DNA of 63,933 nt, the filler included, from Octopus bimaculoides (lineage: Eukaryota): the NCBI RefSeq assembly GCF_001194135.2. It is 6 parts of 6 records of this genome, joined end to end, with 100 filler letters (N's around TTAATTAATTAA, not from the genome) between each part and the next. Parts side by side here need not be neighbours in the genome. Positions count along the whole stretch, not along the records: positions 60,288 to 63,933 come from NC_068985.1; 5 more parts are not named here. One strand, given 5' to 3'. The notes beneath the pieces are model-generated. The model saw only the letters and a program-made list of their open reading frames with translations. It ran no database searches and was not told the origin of the DNA. Below, in pieces: positions 63,218 through 63,933 of this stretch (position 1 is the first letter of the stretch; each line of letters opens with the position of its first letter). Both the position numbers and the translations under genes were made by a program.

Positions 63218-63933
63218 TGTATGTATAAATATCTGTGTGTGCGCGCGCGTGTATCTGCGTGTTCGTTTGTGTGTGTGTGTGTGTATTTGGCTCTGTATTT
63301 GTCCAAACACCACCGCTTGAAATCCGGTGTTGGTGTGCTTACATTCCTGTACCAAACAGGTCAGCAAGCATCACCGATAAAATTAGTAGCGAGGCTTAAG
63401 AAAAAATAAATACTGGTGATTATTCGTTCGATTGGAAATCTTCAAGGCAATGGCCACACACTAATGACTCCCATGACCACACACTAATGACTGGAATGAG
63501 TAAAAACGTATAAGGTTAAACGTATTCACACAAACATATGCATGTGTGTGTGTGTGTGTGTGTGTATTAAGTATGTACATATACCATATATATTTACCAA
63601 GAATACTTCTAATATGTCTGTGAATATATTCGTGCAGGAAGGTTTCATTTGTATGTGATATTTATGCGTAAAACAGATAGACTTATATATGCGCATTGTG
63701 TAGCGCTGCATTATTGAAAAAAAAAAACGTGAAGCAAGAGTAAGATGAAAAGAGAGAAGAAAAACAAAGAGAAGAAAAATATCACTTAAGAAGAGGATGA
63801 TGATGAAAATAAAATTAATAATAATAGTAATATTTGAAATAAATAATCATGAATATTTGATACTTGCAGATACATATATATCTATGTATGAGAGTATGTA
63901 TGTGTGCGTGTATATAATTATATGTGTATGCGT

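Overview
Gap-rich, AT-rich eukaryotic draft-assembly window saturated with microsatellites. The SINE repertoire looks like that of an octopus/coleoid cephalopod (inference from recalled repeat families, not verified). There is no intact long ORF; nearly all ORF-track entries are N-runs, microsatellites or decayed transposon fragments. Supported content: at least three tRNA-derived SINE families in many copies; decayed non-LTR retroelements (RTE-like RT, R4/Dong-like restriction-like-endonuclease ends, L1/Tx1-like C-termini); a Penelope-like element (GIY-YIG); a mariner remnant; several foldback elements and satellites; and candidate exons of a plus-strand spliced gene (best supported 56853-56992 and 58710-58773). 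The most notable hidden signal is a set of minimal type I hammerhead ribozyme (HHR) motifs in at least five unrelated repeat contexts. These include a tandem pair spaced 256 nt apart (retrozyme-like, each unit carrying an ATGCAAAT octamer) in sense orientation inside the last candidate intron, and a near-canonical HHR in the spacer of a foldback element. All ribozyme activity and gene calls are predictions from reading the sequence by eye.
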